Below the pieces are notes generated by a model, which had not been told where the DNA came from, did no database searches, and saw only the letters and a list, made by a program, of their open reading frames with translations. The position numbers were made by a program, and so were the translations under genes. Positions 9,144 to 18,818 of a stretch of DNA of 64,000 nt are shown here, one piece after another. The DNA lies in contig CAZNYB010000004.1 in assembly GCA_964577155.1 (NCBI GenBank), positions 15,444-79,443 of the forward strand, written 5' to 3'. Origin of the DNA: an uncultured Thermomicrobiales bacterium (GTDB taxonomy: Bacteria; Chloroflexota; Chloroflexia; Thermomicrobiales; CFX8). Within the stretch, counting starts at the first letter, position 1; each line of letters opens with the position of its first letter.

Positions 9144-10450
9144 TGCTTTGCTGGCGAGAGCGATTCTTCAGCGGAGCCCGGCACCGGTGATGCATCGCCC
9201 AGGTACTCACACTGCACCGATCGTATCCGCTGACGATCCGCGTCGAGCACAGTCAACCGCAAGCGATACACTTCGATCGATTCCCCGATGTCAGGAATGT
9301 GACCGAGTTCTCGTTGGATTAGTCCGCTGACGGTGCCAGCCGGACGTTCTTCGAAGTGGAGGTCAAAGTGATCGGTGACATCATCGATCATAAACCGGCC
9401 ATCAACCACGATCTCAGCCTCGTTGATGACATCGAATTGAATCGGTTTTTTATCGAATTCGTCCTCAATTTCTCCGACAATCTCTTCGAGGATGTCTTCG
9501 ATGGTTACAACTCCGGCAGTTCCACCATATTCGTCAACGACAACGGCCATATGGATCTTGGTCTGCTGCAGTTCGTGGAGCAAATCGTCGAGCGGCTTCG
9601 TTTCAGGCACGAAGTAAGACGGATGGGCAACGTCTTCAAGATCGACGTCTTCGTGGTCCTCAGTAACATACTTCAGCAGATCCTTGACATAGAGAATTCC
9701 TGAGATGTCATCAACGCTGTCTCCATACAGTGGAATTCTGGAGTGGCCTGCTCCAATCGCGACCGCAACAGCTTCGGCAACTTTCGCGTTTTTCGGCAAG
9801 GCAACGAGATCGATACGGGGAACCATCACATCGTGGGCAACACCTTCTTCGAGTTGCAGGACACCGGTCAGCATGAAGTGTTCGTCTGCTTCAATATCCC
9901 CGTTTTCACTATCGGGCTGTTCGCCATCCAGCTCCGCCACAGCCAGTTCGCCAGCGCCAGTAGAGTCGGGTTCGAAGTCATCATCTCGGTCGATCTGTCT
10001 CTGTGATCGGCTCAACACATTGACCGGCCAGAGCAGCGGTTTGAAGATCGTTGACAGGATCTTTCCAACCCGTTGGGCAACGCTTGAGGTTGCGTCATTC
10101 CGATCGCCGACGATGAGGGAAGGCACTATCCGTCCAACGAACAGAACAACAAGGATGGCGACAATCACACCGATCAATAGCCCGTAGCTGATTTCAGAGT
10201 CAACGAGAAGGTAGGTGAAGAGCGCCGCCCAGATCGCAATGCATGTTGCCTGAATGAGCAGCATTGACGATCGCAACTGATTTGATTCGTTGACCTCGTC
10301 GTTCCGGTTTCCAGTAAGCCGCTCTTCGAGCAACTCACGGATGGACATATGGCTTACGGCTGAGAGACTTAGTTCAACCCAGGACGAAACTCCGAGGAAA
10401 AAGAGCGCTATCAGTGCCAATGAAAGTTCTAGCCAGTTTGCGGTTGCCAC
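9140..10450 (-). CDS. CNNM/HlyC-CorC family membrane protein (DUF21 - CBS pair - CorC_HlyC)
   Basis: N-terminal TM helices, [40 protein letters not shown]. Confidence 0.85.
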   Translation of the reverse strand: MATANWLELSLALIALFFLGVSSWVELSLSAVSHMSIRELLEERLTGNRNDEVNESNQLRSSMLLIQATCIAIWAALFTYLLVDSEISYGLLIGVIVAILVVLFVGRIVPSLIVGDRNDATSSVAQRVGKILSTIFKPLLWPVNVLSRSQRQIDRDDDFEPDSTGAGELAVAELDGEQPDSENGDIEADEHFMLTGVLQLEEGVAHDVMVPRIDLVALPKNAKVAEAVAVAIGAGHSRIPLYGDSVDDISGILYVKDLLKYVTEDHEDVDLEDVAHPSYFVPETKPLDDLLHELQQTKIHMAVVVDEYGGTAGVVTIEDILEEIVGEIEDEFDKKPIQFDVINEAEIVVDGRFMIDDVTDHFDLHFEERPAGTVSGLIQRELGHIPDIGESIEVYRLRLTVLDADRQRIRSVQCEYLGDASPVPGSAEESLSPAKQ

Positions 10451-10480
10451 CAGGATCCTTTCAACTCACATTTCGGCAGA

Positions 10481-11419
10481 TTAGTTAAAGAGCGCGCTGA
10501 TTGAGAGATCACGATGGATTCGCATAATTGCTTCTGCAAGCAGCGGCGCTACTGTCAATACTTCGATCTTTTCTGACTGCTGGCGGGGAGAAATTGGCAA
10601 CGTGTCAGTCACAAATACCCGCTCTACCGGTGATTCATCTATCAATCGGCCAGCGTTGCCGGCCAGAACCGGATGAGCAGCACAGGCGAACACTCGTTCA
10701 GCTCCTCGCTCCACCAGCAAACTGGCGCAAGACGCCAGTGTATTCCCGCTTGAGATCATGTCATCCACAATCACAGCGGTTTTGCCTTTGACATCACCTA
10801 CGATCTCAAGAACCGGCTCATCAGCCGGCTGAGGGCGATTGCTCGTCGCCACGGCAAGGGATGCGCCGGATCGCCGCCGGAATTCTTCGGCGCGCGCGAC
10901 ACCGCCAGCATCGGGACTTACTGCCACCAGATCTTCCTGCGTAACTCGCTTGATTTCGCGTGCCAGGATAGGAATGGACCTCAGGTGATCAACCGGCACA
11001 TTGAAAAATCCTTCAATGGCAGGGGCATGAAGATCCAGCGTGAGGATACGCTCGACCCCGGCAGTCTCAAGCAGATCGGCAACCAGACTGGCGCTGATCG
11101 GTTCGCGGCCACTAAATTTTTTCTCCTGTTTGGCATAGGCATAGTAGGGAATAACCGCGGTTACTCGGGAAGCTGAAGCCCGTTTGATTGCGTCGATCAT
11201 CACCAGCAGTTCGATCAGGTGATGATTCACTGGATCGCTAAGCGATTGAATGACGAAAATATCGGAGCCGCGTACATTTTCATCGAGTTTTACTCGTGAC
11301 TCGCCGTTTGGCCACTGGCGAACAATTGCCCGTCCAAGCGGCGCTTCTAGAACCGACATGATGTCTTCAGCCAGTTTCAGATTGCCGTTCCCGGAAAATA
11401 CTTGTAGTCGTCCGTCCAT
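10481..11419 (-). CDS. prs: ribose-phosphate pyrophosphokinase
   Basis: DLHAPAIEGFF, VSPDAGGVARA, VIVDDMISSGNT. Start moved to ATG 11419 (MDGRLQVFSG...), just after the glmU stop at 11421. Confidence 0.9.
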   Translation of the reverse strand: MDGRLQVFSGNGNLKLAEDIMSVLEAPLGRAIVRQWPNGESRVKLDENVRGSDIFVIQSLSDPVNHHLIELLVMIDAIKRASASRVTAVIPYYAYAKQEKKFSGREPISASLVADLLETAGVERILTLDLHAPAIEGFFNVPVDHLRSIPILAREIKRVTQEDLVAVSPDAGGVARAEEFRRRSGASLAVATSNRPQPADEPVLEIVGDVKGKTAVIVDDMISSGNTLASCASLLVERGAERVFACAAHPVLAGNAGRLIDESPVERVFVTDTLPISPRQQSEKIEVLTVAPLLAEAIMRIHRDLSISALFN

Positions 11420-11420
11420 G

Positions 11421-12845
11421 TCAGTCCTTGATACTACTGTTAGAGGCCAGCGGGCGATTTCTCCGTGCCATGGTCCGCGCGGGCATTCCGACAACGGTGC
11501 TACCGGCAGCCACGTCACGGGTTACCACTGCACCGGCTCCCGTTCGCGCTCCTTTGCCAACGGTCACCGGAGCGACGAGCATGGTGTCACAACCTATGAA
11601 TACACCATCTTCGATCCGGGTCGTATGTTTTTGTTCGCCGTCGAAATTACAGGTGATCGTCCCGGCTCCGATATTGACATCCCGGCCAAGGATTGTGTCA
11701 CCAATATAGCTGAAATGACCGATCTTTGATCGTTCTCCGATGACGGCGTTTTTCGTCTCAACGTAGTTGCCGATGTGTACGTCATCATGAAGTTCAGAAC
11801 CTGGACGAATATGCGAGTACGGACCAATATCCACCCCGTTGCCGATCTGTGAGTTTTCGATCGTTGAGTGGCGGACGGTAACGCCTTCACCAATCTTCGC
11901 CCCTTGCAATACGCTGCCTGCCTCGATCCGGCAAAGCGGGCCAATAGTGGTACGACCGTTCAAAAACACGTTCGGTTCGATGATAGCGTCTTCGCCGATT
12001 TCAACATCGATCTCAATATAGGTGTTGACTGGATCCACCAGAGTAACGCCGTTATTCAAATGGCGGTAGTTGATTTGTTCTCTAAGGAGCCGCTCAGCCT
12101 GAGCGAGTTTTATCCGGTCATCCACGCCGATTAGTTCGCTATAGTCGCCTGGAACGATTTGAACCCTGGTCGTTGGCCAGGGTGTGTTCGCTGCCAGGCT
12201 CACGATATCGGTCAGGTAGTATTCTCCACTCGCACTCGGCTGAATCTTCGCAATGTTCTGACGCAACCATTTCACGTCGATACAGTAGATGCCACTGTTG
12301 AGTTGAACTGATCCTTCGTACCGTGAGTCGTCGTCTGCAGCTTCCACCACGCCGGTGACGTTGCCATCTTCACCGGTTTTCACCCGCCCGTAGGTACCTG
12401 GCTCATCAAGCGAGAACACCAGCATGCTCACGAGTGGATGGTGTTCGCCCGGCGTAGCGACGAGCTGCAGGAGGGTTGACCGATGCAACAATGGCACATC
12501 GCCATACATGATCAGTACCCGCTGTATGTCGGTTGAGATGGCTTCTAGAGCGATGGCTGTCGCATCGGCTGTTCCACGCGCGGCAGGCTGAATCGCAAAC
12601 GCAGCCCGGTTGTTAAATCGCTGTTGAATATCGTTTGATTCGGGGTTAACGGTGATGACGATCTGGTCCGGTTCAAGCGATTCGGCAACCCGCATCACAT
12701 GCTCAAGCACAGGAACGCCTGCCAGAGAGTGCATAACTTTTGACGTAGCAGAACGCATACGCGTACTGTTGCCGGCCGCCAGAATGACCACACCAAGGCA
12801 TTGTACCTGGGAAGAGTCGCCGTCTTCTGATTCTGCTTCTTGCAA
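11421..12845 (-). CDS. glmU: bifunctional GlcNAc-1-P uridyltransferase / GlcN-1-P acetyltransferase
   Basis: VVILAAGNSTRMRS plus C-terminal left-handed beta-helix hexapeptide repeats. The tracked start 12980 runs through tRNA-Gln. I propose TTG 12845 (GGTGGA 5 nt upstream); GTG 12791 is an alternative. Confidence 0.8.
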   Translation of the reverse strand: MQEAESEDGDSSQVQCLGVVILAAGNSTRMRSATSKVMHSLAGVPVLEHVMRVAESLEPDQIVITVNPESNDIQQRFNNRAAFAIQPAARGTADATAIALEAISTDIQRVLIMYGDVPLLHRSTLLQLVATPGEHHPLVSMLVFSLDEPGTYGRVKTGEDGNVTGVVEAADDDSRYEGSVQLNSGIYCIDVKWLRQNIAKIQPSASGEYYLTDIVSLAANTPWPTTRVQIVPGDYSELIGVDDRIKLAQAERLLREQINYRHLNNGVTLVDPVNTYIEIDVEIGEDAIIEPNVFLNGRTTIGPLCRIEAGSVLQGAKIGEGVTVRHSTIENSQIGNGVDIGPYSHIRPGSELHDDVHIGNYVETKNAVIGERSKIGHFSYIGDTILGRDVNIGAGTITCNFDGEQKHTTRIEDGVFIGCDTMLVAPVTVGKGARTGAGAVVTRDVAAGSTVVGMPARTMARRNRPLASNSSIKD

Positions 12846-12915
12846 ACCTATCCACCGTGATCGCGAGAGTGAACGCCGGTCCAAAACCTGAAATTCAGTA
12901 TGTTCCTGGACCAGG

Positions 12916-12986
12916 CTGGCGGGCCAGGATTCGAACCTGGAACAAAGGCTCCAAAGGCCCTTGTGATACCATTTCACCACCCGCCA
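12916..12986 (-). tRNA. tRNA-Gln (anticodon UUG)
   Basis: Hand-folded cloverleaf: acceptor TGGCGGG/CCCGCCA with the U1:A72 pair and G73 typical of bacterial tRNA-Gln; D stem GTGA/TCAC; anticodon stem AGGGC/GCCTT with loop CTTTGGA; T arm CCAGG-TTCGAAT-CCTGG. CCA is not encoded. Confidence 0.85.
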
Positions 12987-13142
12987 ATGGTAGCCAGAGT
13001 CTATCCTACCTAACCGTTATCTGCCCGCCAAATCCGAGGTCGCACAGGTTGCTCTCTGCTTTGAGCTCATTGAATTCTCTGGACCTGATCGGCGTTGCCT
13101 AACACGCAAACCCTAAATAGTCAGTCAACGGATATCGATTGG

Positions 13143-14264
13143 TTAGACGCCGAGCGCATCTTTCACCTTGGAAAAGAAACCTTTGTCCTTCGGCATCTGG
13201 GCAACGCCCAGCGATTCGCTCAGTTCTTTGAACAATTCACGTTGCCGGGAGTTCAGTTGAGTCGGCACGACAACGTGGACAGTGACGATCTGATCACCTC
13301 GTGCACCACCGCGAAGATCTGGTACTCCCTTGCCGCGCAGCCGGAACTGTTCCCGTGGCTGAGTGCCGTCCGGTATCGTAAATAAAACGTTACCATCGAC
13401 GGTTGGCACATTGACTTCGTCGCCGAGTACAGCCTGAGCGATATTTATCGGAAGATCGTAGTGGATCATTTTACCGTTGCGAGTGAGCACTTCGTGGTCT
13501 TTTATTTTTAGCGAGACGTACAGGTTTCCCGGCACACCATGGCTCACTTGCTCGCCCTGGCCGGTGAAACGCAACTTCGAAGACTCGTCGACCCCTGGTG
13601 GAATCTTCACTTCAATATTGCGTCGTTTGGATTGCCGCCCCTGGCCGCGGCAGGCCGGACAAGGATCTGTAATCAGGACCCCTTCACCACGGCAGCGGTC
13701 ACAAACGCCTGAAGTCATCACCTGACCAAGGATGGTGTTTTGGACCCGGCGCACCTCGCCACTGCCATTGCATTGCGGGCAGCGACCAGGTTCTGCGCCA
13801 TCTTTCATCCGGGTGCCATGACATTCATCACAGGGTTCAAGCCGATTAATGCTAACTTCGGTGTCCAGGCCGAAGATCGCCTCCTCAAATTCCAGCTCCA
13901 CCGTTACGGTAATATCTCCGCCACGTGGCGCGGCCTGCCGCTGGCCTTGCCGGCCAAACCCGCCAAAAAAGCTCTCGAAGAGGTCTGAAAACGGAGATGC
14001 GCCAAATCCGCCAAACGGGTCGCCTCCACCACCAGCGCCGCTAAAGGCTGCATGTCCGTAGCGATCGTAGGCAGCGCGTCGTTCTTCATCACTCAGAATC
14101 TCATAGGCTTCAGTTATTTCTTTGAATTTATCCTCAGCTCCGGGATCTTTGTTTACATCGGGATGATATTGCCGGGCCAACCGTCGGTAGGCGCGACGGA
14201 TTTCTTTTCCGTCCGCCGACCGGTCTACTTCCAGAAGCTCATAGTAGTCGCGTTTTACACTCAT
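13143..14264 (-). CDS. dnaJ: molecular chaperone DnaJ
   Basis: J domain DYYELLEV...YHPDVNKD, a G/F-rich region, and four CxxCxGxG zinc-finger repeats. Confidence 0.95.
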   Translation of the reverse strand: MSVKRDYYELLEVDRSADGKEIRRAYRRLARQYHPDVNKDPGAEDKFKEITEAYEILSDEERRAAYDRYGHAAFSGAGGGGDPFGGFGASPFSDLFESFFGGFGRQGQRQAAPRGGDITVTVELEFEEAIFGLDTEVSINRLEPCDECHGTRMKDGAEPGRCPQCNGSGEVRRVQNTILGQVMTSGVCDRCRGEGVLITDPCPACRGQGRQSKRRNIEVKIPPGVDESSKLRFTGQGEQVSHGVPGNLYVSLKIKDHEVLTRNGKMIHYDLPINIAQAVLGDEVNVPTVDGNVLFTIPDGTQPREQFRLRGKGVPDLRGGARGDQIVTVHVVVPTQLNSRQRELFKELSESLGVAQMPKDKGFFSKVKDALGV

Positions 14265-14366
14265 TGATTGCCATTTCCATCGGAACGGAGTCGGTTAACG
14301 AAGATGATGCTTGATATTGTATTGACCATTGGTTCATTGACCCATGACCTGAGCATTCAACAAAAC

Positions 14367-14393
14367 CTAGCACTCATCTATTCTAACTGCCAG
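14367..14393. promoter_or_regulatory. degenerate CIRCE-like element upstream of dnaJ
   Basis: cTAGCACTC-N9-AACTGCCAG compared with consensus TTAGCACTC-N9-GAGTGCTAA. The left half matches 8/9 and the right half only 5/9. It lies 103-129 nt upstream of the dnaJ ATG. Confidence 0.2.
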
Positions 14394-14424
14394 AAGATCA
14401 GATCAGCTATGCTGCGGAACTGAA

Positions 14425-14460
14425 CTCGATATACTCACCATTCTCGATATACTCACCATT
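14425..14460. repeat. perfect 2 x 18-bp tandem repeat (CTCGATATACTCACCATT)
   Basis: Read directly: units at 14425-14442 and 14443-14460 are identical. It sits in the dnaJ / gpt-like divergent spacer, 20 nt before the AAGGAG RBS of the gpt-like gene. Each unit carries a TATACT hexamer. Confidence 0.95.
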
Positions 14461-14490
14461 GAGGTATTGATCGAAGTTGCAAGGAGTCGA

Positions 14491-14964
14491 ATGGCCACCG
14501 GAAAACCAATGCAACGTATCTTAGACTGGGATGAGGTCACCAATCTCGTCAATGACTTGCTGGATTCGATCCCGGCTGGCCAGTTCGATTTGCTGTTGGT
14601 TGTCACTCGCGGGGGAATGGTCCCCGCCTGTTTGATAAGTGAACTTGCCGGATTAAGAAACATCGTCGTTGCTGCCGTTCAGTTTCATACTCGGGACGGC
14701 ACTCCGCTGGAAGGACCACGCTTTTTCCAGTTTCCGGACGACGAATTGTTGCGAGATCAACGCATCCTGGTCATTGATGATGTCTGGGATAGCGGTAACA
14801 CGGCGGTGACCGTCAAACGCAGGATCATCCAGGCTGGCGGGAGTGCCAGCGTCGCTGTCCTGCACTACAAACCGCGAGCATCTGAGTTTCCAGAAGACTG
14901 CCCGGACTATTTTGCCAGGTCGACCGAGGACTGGATTGTCTATCCCTGGGACTCATTCTCCTGA
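14491..14964 (+). CDS. xanthine-guanine phosphoribosyltransferase-like protein
   Basis: VVTRGGMVPA and PRPP loop ILVIDDVWDSGNT; ends ..DWIVYPWD like Gpt. Start chosen at ATG 14491 after AAGGAG (14481-14486). Confidence 0.75.
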   Translation: MATGKPMQRILDWDEVTNLVNDLLDSIPAGQFDLLLVVTRGGMVPACLISELAGLRNIVVAAVQFHTRDGTPLEGPRFFQFPDDELLRDQRILVIDDVWDSGNTAVTVKRRIIQAGGSASVAVLHYKPRASEFPEDCPDYFARSTEDWIVYPWDSFS

Positions 14965-15632
14965 ATCCACCCTCGAGCGATGATCTCTGGCATCACCTCC
15001 TCCAGAGACCCCAGAGTTGCATCTGCCAGGTCATAGGCTGAGGCTGTCCCCAGCTGATCGGGAACCGCAAAACAGTGCATTCCAGCGGAAATCGCCGCCC
15101 GAACTCCATTTGGCGAGTCCTCAAGCACCAGGCAGTCAGCAGGCGAGATCAATATCTCCCGGGCTACCCGCAAAAAGGTGTCAGGATGTGGTTTTCCCCG
15201 CTGGACCATCTCACCGGTGACCTGGACCTCAAATATATCCTCCAGACCAGCGCTATTGAGTGCGAGATCAACGTATCTGCGATGACCGGAAGTTGCCAGC
15301 GCAACAGCCAAACCTGCCGACAAACAATTGGCAATCAATTGCCTTGCGCCAGCTTTTGGAGGTATCGCTCCTCGCGCCATCTCCAGGAAAATCTCGTCCC
15401 GATCGGTTGCGACAACATCTGCTGTTACCGGTAGCTGCAACATGTCTACCGCTGCCTGCGCAGCGTCGATGAGCCGCCTGCCATACATACGGGCTTCGAG
15501 ATCGGCTTCCAGCGAATGTCCAAATCGGTTGAGATAGAGATCCCAGGCTTGAAGCTGGACCGGTTCGGAATCGACAAGCAACCCATCAAGATCAAATATG
15601 ACGGCTGATATATATGTATTGTTAGATTTCAT
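14940..15632 (-). CDS. HAD-superfamily hydrolase (beta-phosphoglucomutase-like subfamily)
   Basis: Motif I AVIFDLDGLLVDSEP and motif III/IV LVLEDSPNGV. Its 3' end overlaps the convergent gpt-like gene by 25 nt. Confidence 0.8.
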   Translation of the reverse strand: MKSNNTYISAVIFDLDGLLVDSEPVQLQAWDLYLNRFGHSLEADLEARMYGRRLIDAAQAAVDMLQLPVTADVVATDRDEIFLEMARGAIPPKAGARQLIANCLSAGLAVALATSGHRRYVDLALNSAGLEDIFEVQVTGEMVQRGKPHPDTFLRVAREILISPADCLVLEDSPNGVRAAISAGMHCFAVPDQLGTASAYDLADATLGSLEEVMPEIIARGWIQENESQG

Positions 15633-16629
15633 GCAAATGTAAAAACAGTCCTGCCCGCATCTGAGCTGTCTTCAACAGGGTTGGCGCAGCCATCAAAAAA
15701 TACATTTTGCTGTCAAGATCCTCGACAAGGTCTTGAGGCAGTTGCTCCGCTCCAGCCCAGCAACCAGCAATTGCGCCAACAATTGCTCCTCTTGGCGAGG
15801 TCGCGCCGCCAGCTGCGGCTGACAACTGAATCGACCGGCGATAGTCGAGGCCGTATTTCCCGATGATGTACAACGCTGTGGAGACAGTTTCAGCGATGTA
15901 CCCGCTCAGCCCAATCTCTCGCAACACGTCGAGGTCCGTTGATCCGTCCGGCATGTCGCGAATGTAGGTTCTGGCCAGGCGCATCCGCCGGGCGACTTCG
16001 TCTTCATCAATAAAAGCAAGGACTTCATCGATGATGTACTCCAGGGGCAGCTCCCGCCGAACCGCCATTCTCAACGCATAGGCAACCGCAAGTGCGCCAT
16101 TGACAGCCTCGGGATGAGAGTGCGTGATGAAGCAAGAACGCATAACCTCCCTGACAAGTACCTCAGCGTTGAACTCCGACAGTGAGTGGACCAGCGCAAC
16201 CGGTGCAACTCGCGCCGCCGGACTTGCTCCTGCGTTCATTTCACCGCCGAGCCCGTCCTGAAAGTTGCCAGATTGTTCGGCGCGAACGAGCGACTGGCGA
16301 GTTGTTTCACCCAGGAAATGCGATTGCGGACTGTGCAGCACCTGGATAAACCTGTAGCCTGCGGTCTCAGGATTCACGAACCCGTTCGACGTCACAATGC
16401 TCTCGGAGAGGCACATCGCCAGTTCTGTGTTGTCACTGTATTGACCGGCAGGCTCCACCTGATTTCCCGAGCGGTCAACGAGCGGGAGAAACCGGTCAAT
16501 GGTTCCGTGCATCGATTGGATCGAAGACTGAGTCAAGCCTTCGACTGGCATACCAAGTGCATCACCGATAGCCTGTCCGAGCATGCAGCCAAGGAATCTG
16601 TCACGAACGTCGGGCGGCTTGTCAATCAA
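15622..16629 (-). CDS. ADP-ribosylglycohydrolase family protein
   Basis: N-terminal FLGCMLGQAIGDALGMPVEG and C-terminal GGATSPRGAIVGAIAG are typical of the ARH/DraG fold. It overlaps the HAD start by 11 nt. Confidence 0.8.
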   Translation of the reverse strand: MIDKPPDVRDRFLGCMLGQAIGDALGMPVEGLTQSSIQSMHGTIDRFLPLVDRSGNQVEPAGQYSDNTELAMCLSESIVTSNGFVNPETAGYRFIQVLHSPQSHFLGETTRQSLVRAEQSGNFQDGLGGEMNAGASPAARVAPVALVHSLSEFNAEVLVREVMRSCFITHSHPEAVNGALAVAYALRMAVRRELPLEYIIDEVLAFIDEDEVARRMRLARTYIRDMPDGSTDLDVLREIGLSGYIAETVSTALYIIGKYGLDYRRSIQLSAAAGGATSPRGAIVGAIAGCWAGAEQLPQDLVEDLDSKMYFLMAAPTLLKTAQMRAGLFLHLHEI

Positions 16630-16702
16630 GTTCCGATGCTCTTTCGTTGAATGGTGGATCCCAACATTTCTGAATTCACCTTACCTGAGGTTGGCATTGA
16701 AA

Positions 16703-16732
16703 TTGACAGCGGTTTTGATCGGCGACTACACT
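16703..16732 (+). promoter_or_regulatory. sigma-70-type promoter for the PLP-enzyme/hydrolase gene run
   Basis: TTGACA (16703-16708), 18-nt spacer, TACACT (16727-16732). It lies inside the tracked ORF start and supports ATG 16774 as the real start. Confidence 0.45.
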
Positions 16733-16773
16733 GCATCCGCGAAATTGTAGTGGATGACCGAGGAACCAAACGC

Positions 16774-18009
16774 ATGTCTGGACCATCTTCGAACCGAGCG
16801 GACTATAACCCGAACTGGAATGTCGCAACCAGAGCCGTACACTCCGGAGAACGACCACCAGCGCCAGACTTTACGCCAGTTGTCACTCCTATTTATCCAG
16901 GATCGACCTATCTGTACGAGGATCTGGAGGTGATGGACGCCGCCTTAGCAGGCGATGAAAAACGATTTGTCTACAGCAGATATGGGAACCCGACTACCTC
17001 GGTGCTTGAAGCGGCTATCGCCGACCTGGAAGGGACTCCAGCCGCGATTGCGTTCCCATCTGGCATGGCAGCGGTTCATGCTGCGATTATGACAAGCATT
17101 GAGCCTGGCCAGACGATACTGGCAACCAACGATCTGTATGGTCACACGATCCTGACGCTAACTGACCACATTCAGCAATGGGGCTGCCGGGTGGTCATGG
17201 TCGATATGCTCGATCTCGACGCTGTAGCAGAAGCCATTGAGCAGGAACAGCCGTCGCTGATCATTTGCGAGACGATCAGCAATCCGCTAATGAAAGTGAC
17301 CGACATACCGGCAATTGTCGAACTCGCCAGGAGCGTTCGAGCCACCGTACTGGTCGATGCGACATTTACCCCGCCGGTCATGTACCGCCCGGGAGACGAT
17401 GGCGTACATCTCGTCGTCCATTCCCTGACCAAATACATCAGCGGACACGGCGACGTGATGGGAGGAGTGGTTTCAACCTCGACGATGCGTCGACGCGCGC
17501 TCAACGATTACGCCAAACTCGCAGGAGGTATTCTGGGTCCATTCGAAGCCTGGCTGGCGCTCAGAGGACTAAAGACACTGCCATTGCGCTACCAGCGACA
17601 GACCGAAAATGCCCGGATCGTCGCCGAAGCGCTTCACAAGCACCCCGGTGTATCGTCGGTCAATTATCCCGGACTGGAGTCGCACAGTAGTCATCAAACC
17701 GCTCAGAAGCTGTTCGGCGAATATGGCTACGGGGCAATGCTCTCGTTCAGGATCAAGGACGCTGGAAGAGACGAGATCTGGGACTATCTCGAAGCATTGA
17801 AACTGGTGGTGCCGGCCACCACCCTTGGCGACATCTATTCACTTTCCCTCTATCCGGCGATGTCTTCTCACCGGGGCGTGCCGGTTGAAGTTCGTGAACA
17901 AATTGGGATTGGCGACGATCTGGTCCGGCTCTCAGTCGGCATCGAGGACCCGGCCGACATCATCGCGGATCTGGATCAAGCGATACATGCTGCCCGCAAG
18001 CGGACCTAA
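16774..18009 (+). CDS. PLP-dependent Cys/Met-metabolism enzyme (cystathionine gamma-synthase / methionine gamma-lyase / O-acylhomoserine sulfhydrylase family)
   Basis: Lys-PLP motif HSLTKYISGHGDVMGG. YSRYGNPT. Start at ATG 16774 with GAGGAA 8 nt upstream. Confidence 0.85.
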   Translation: MSGPSSNRADYNPNWNVATRAVHSGERPPAPDFTPVVTPIYPGSTYLYEDLEVMDAALAGDEKRFVYSRYGNPTTSVLEAAIADLEGTPAAIAFPSGMAAVHAAIMTSIEPGQTILATNDLYGHTILTLTDHIQQWGCRVVMVDMLDLDAVAEAIEQEQPSLIICETISNPLMKVTDIPAIVELARSVRATVLVDATFTPPVMYRPGDDGVHLVVHSLTKYISGHGDVMGGVVSTSTMRRRALNDYAKLAGGILGPFEAWLALRGLKTLPLRYQRQTENARIVAEALHKHPGVSSVNYPGLESHSSHQTAQKLFGEYGYGAMLSFRIKDAGRDEIWDYLEALKLVVPATTLGDIYSLSLYPAMSSHRGVPVEVREQIGIGDDLVRLSVGIEDPADIIADLDQAIHAARKRT

Positions 18010-18029
18010 TTAAAGAAGAGGTATTCATC

Positions 18030-18812
18030 GTGGCTGAAACACAAGATCTGGTACTGGCAAATCTCTCATGGCCAGAAGTAGACGAAATCCGAGATCAGGT
18101 TGAGGTAGTCCTCATCCCGGTCGGATCCAACGAACAACATGGACCGAATCTGGCAGTCCAAATGGATATTGCTGCGGCTACGGAATTTTGCCGGCGGGCG
18201 ACTGAGATGTCTTACCCGAAGCTGATGCTGGCTCCGTCGATGCCCTGGGGAGTTTCCTATCATCATATGAATTTCCCGGGCACAATCTCGATCTCCAATG
18301 AGACATTTGTGCAAACTCTGGTGGAAGTTGTTGGCTCACTCGTAGAGCATGGGTTTCAGCGTTTCATGATCGTCAACGGTCATGGCGGGAATATCCCGGC
18401 CATGGGAGTCACTGTGGTTAGAATCCGTGAAGAGCTGAATCCAGCCTTCATTGGAGCCGCCACGCTCTACAGCTTTTCGGATCCCGAGATCGAAGAACAA
18501 TACGGCATCGATGGGATTATCGGTCACGCTTGTGAGATGGAAACGTCAGTCGCCATGGCGCTGATACCGGATGTCGTCAAGACTGACGATCTGGACGTTG
18601 GCGAATTGACTGACCTGACTTACGAGTTCCGTGGTTCGCTCAACCGGTATGGTGTCAATGTGCCGTACAGATTTGACGAGTACACCCGGAATGGCGCGTT
18701 CGGCGATGCCCGCAAATCATCATTGGAATACGGTCAGGCGAAGGTCGACAGCGCGTTGGATAATTTTGTGGCCTTTATGGATGAAGTTATCGAGTTACAC
18801 CCGAAGGATTAG
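18030..18812 (+). CDS. creatininase-family amidohydrolase
   Basis: VLIPVGSNEQHGPNL, NGHGGN and HACEMETS are the characteristic metal-ligand motifs. GTG start. Confidence 0.8.
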   Translation: MAETQDLVLANLSWPEVDEIRDQVEVVLIPVGSNEQHGPNLAVQMDIAAATEFCRRATEMSYPKLMLAPSMPWGVSYHHMNFPGTISISNETFVQTLVEVVGSLVEHGFQRFMIVNGHGGNIPAMGVTVVRIREELNPAFIGAATLYSFSDPEIEEQYGIDGIIGHACEMETSVAMALIPDVVKTDDLDVGELTDLTYEFRGSLNRYGVNVPYRFDEYTRNGAFGDARKSSLEYGQAKVDSALDNFVAFMDEVIELHPKD

Positions 18813-18818
18813 CAGCTG

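Noticed and set aside
12846-12980. N-terminal 45 codons of the tracked glmU ORF
   Set aside because: This stretch runs straight through the hand-folded tRNA-Gln (12916-12986), and its residues are unlike GlmU N-termini. It is an ORF extension artefact; the real start is downstream (TTG 12845 or GTG 12791).
16630-16773. Possible SAM riboswitch or T-box ahead of the Cys/Met PLP enzyme; also an L-box ahead of lysA (38097-38238) and a Moco riboswitch ahead of moaDE (22490-22600)
   Set aside because: I compared these by eye with the conserved cores I remember and found no match. The spacers are also too short for L-box or T-box. An Infernal/Rfam scan would be the decisive test.
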